Shown here: positions 62,438 through 64,000 of the stretch, piece by piece
Numbering within the stretch: position 1 is the stretch's first letter
Layout: each line of letters starts with the position of its first letter
Source of the DNA: Azolla caroliniana
Lineage: Eukaryota; Plantae; Polypodiophyta
Reading direction: 5' to 3'
Assembly: GCA_043228905.1 (NCBI GenBank)
Contig: JBHGNT010000014.1
Span: forward strand, 9,548,001-9,612,000
Length of the DNA stretch: 64,000 bases
Position numbers and translations under genes: made by a program
The notes under the pieces: model-generated
Seen by the model: only the letters and a program-made list of their open reading frames with translations
Told to the model about the DNA's origin: nothing
Databases searched by the model: none

Positions 62438-63387
62438 TAGTTTTCCGGGAGCTCAGAGAGGGAGGCAGCGTCAGCTAATTGGACGTTCTGCTTCTGTTGG
62501 TGATTCTGCCACTTTCGGCAGTGACGCCGAATGTGGCCATAGTTGTTGCAGTAGAAACATTTGGGGCGTCCCTGGCTGTCTCGTTCGGGCAATGCACGCT
62601 TGGCACGTAATTGCGCGTTCTGGATGTCGATGTCCATGGGAGTGACGGCTGGTATAGTGTTTGTATGATCATGACTGAGATTACCTGGTGTGTGCATGTC
62701 GTGCGCGTCTGCAGCTTCGATGCGTTGGGCAGTGAGGATGGCTTCGTGTAGTGTCGTCGGGCCTTGATCGCGTACACGGCGGCGGAGGTCATGTCGTATA
62801 CGCGGCCAGAAAAAAAACAACTTCATGTCCTCCGACATGTTGGCGTCAGCCCGGCGTAGGATCTGCACAAAACGAACCGCGAACTGGGTGATGAGTTCGC
62901 GTGGTTGTTGGGTAATTGACTCAAGTTGTTTTAGGGCCGTCTGGCGGGAGTCTTGATGAGCAAAATTCCGAATCATGGCTGCCCGTAACAGATCCCAGTC
63001 GTTGCGTGTCTCTTCGGGTTGTTGTACAAGCCATGTTGCCGCGATATTCTCGAGGAGTGTCTTCATCTCCATTGCCTTCCGAGGGTGTGGCCACTAGTGG
63101 TAACTGGCCACCATTTCGAAATGATCCAGCCAAGAGAGGACGTCTTTCGATGGTAGGCCGGAGAACGGTTTTGGGCGAACTCGAGAGTCCGGGAGATTTT
63201 GTTGTGGCTCGGATCGTGCTGAAAGAAAGGACAACATGGCTTGGTTAGTATGGTTAACTTGTAAAATGATGTTGGACAGAGCTTGAACCAGTTGGTCGAT
63301 TGGCGATGTGGGCTGGTGTCCTTGATTGTGTTGTAGGAATTCCGGATTCATCGAGTTTGCGTTGCCGTCGTTGTTGTCGTGTTGCAT
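62437..63387 (-). pseudogene. gag: K Gag with one in-frame TAG (63094)
   Basis: PKPFSG..WLDHFE, PMDID, CFYCNNYGHIRRHC, ends PEN*. Confidence 0.88.
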
Positions 63388-63428
63388 CGTGGCAGGCGTT
63401 GTTGGGGTCGTGAGTTGGGGTGGCTTGG

Positions 63429-63444
63429 CCCGTCTTCTCCACCA
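63429..63444 (-). promoter_or_regulatory. K PBS, probably tRNA-Ala
   Basis: TGGTGGAGA matches the complement of the tRNA-Ala 3' end (..TCTCCACCA); weaker match beyond 9 nt. Confidence 0.6.
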
Positions 63445-64000
63445 AGATGTGAAATGCTCAAGATGTGAAATGCTCTCAAGAATAGCCCTCCTTTCATTAT
63501 GTCTCAAGTTACACTTTATAGACTCTCTCTTAGCGTGGAGGGTGTTCTCCCGCTCCAATTAGCTCTACTAATTATGGGGCTTGGTGGGGGCCTAGTTTGG
63601 GTGTGGTGCATGAGGCTTGGTAGGGGCCTAATTTGGGTGTGGTCTATGTGTGGTGCATGGGGCTTGGTAGGGGCCTAATCTAGGTGTGGTCCATGTGACC
63701 ACCACACTATTTTGGAGATTGTAACAATGCGATAAATAGTTTCATAATCGATTATGTGGATTGCGTGTATTTTGGTAGGTCATTAATTTGATCTTTTGCA
63801 TACAAAATTTGATCATTTACATAGAAAAATAACTTTTGATGTTTTTCTCATAAAAGCGAACAAGCTTTTCATATATAAATGTTTTATAAGAAGTGGCATG
63901 TAAGAAGTGGCAATAGTTTGGTTCGAGAGTGTCAAACTTGAACTATTTAAAATTTTTTAAACATAAACCGAACCAAACCAAACCACAAGACCGTTTAAAC

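Larger units (their letters stand above)
58880..63706 (-). mobile_element. Element K: Ty3/Gypsy without chromodomain, metazoan-like
   Basis: Identical 243-bp LTRs 58880-59122 and 63464-63706; 4-bp TSD CTAT; PPT AAGGGGGAAT; PBS TGGTGGAGA.. Confidence 0.95.

Noticed and set aside
75-63562. Numerous 60-200 aa antisense or alternate-frame ORFs in the track
   Set aside because: They are shadows of retroelement coding sequence or run through LTR microsatellites; no independent motifs
63900-64000. AAACCG/AACCA repeats suggesting a DNA-transposon end
   Set aside because: Cut by the window edge; no TIR or TSD can be established

Overview
Eukaryotic plant nuclear DNA. The retroelement lineages suggest a non-seed plant such as a fern or lycophyte (inference). 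Bases 1-~51830 are one nested LTR-retrotransposon pile that resolves largely from target-site duplications (TSDs). An old Ty1/copia (D) hosts copia C (which hosts an LTR stub X, then Gypsy A, then chromovirus B), copia F (which hosts copia E containing copia G, Gypsy L containing solo LTR M, and solo LTR N), chromovirus H (which hosts a near-intact young copia I) and copia J. To the right is one spliced 4-exon host gene (RIN13-like Cys/His-rich protein, 52623-57442), bracketed by two inverted hAT-type MITEs, and a Gypsy element K with identical LTRs, a 4-bp TSD and animal-like features. Most notable signals: (i) tRNA-independent self-priming PBS with a compensatory base change between chromoviruses B and H; (ii) three different candidate -1 ribosomal frameshift signals, one lying between protease and RT with conserved pseudoknot geometry; (iii) the metazoan-like Gypsy K; (iv) a conserved ~200-codon Pol C-terminal extension between two PPT-like tracts in copia E/F; (v) a TAGTACTA palindrome conserved across B and H. 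Letters are my own labels. Family assignments come from motif recognition only, without database searches.
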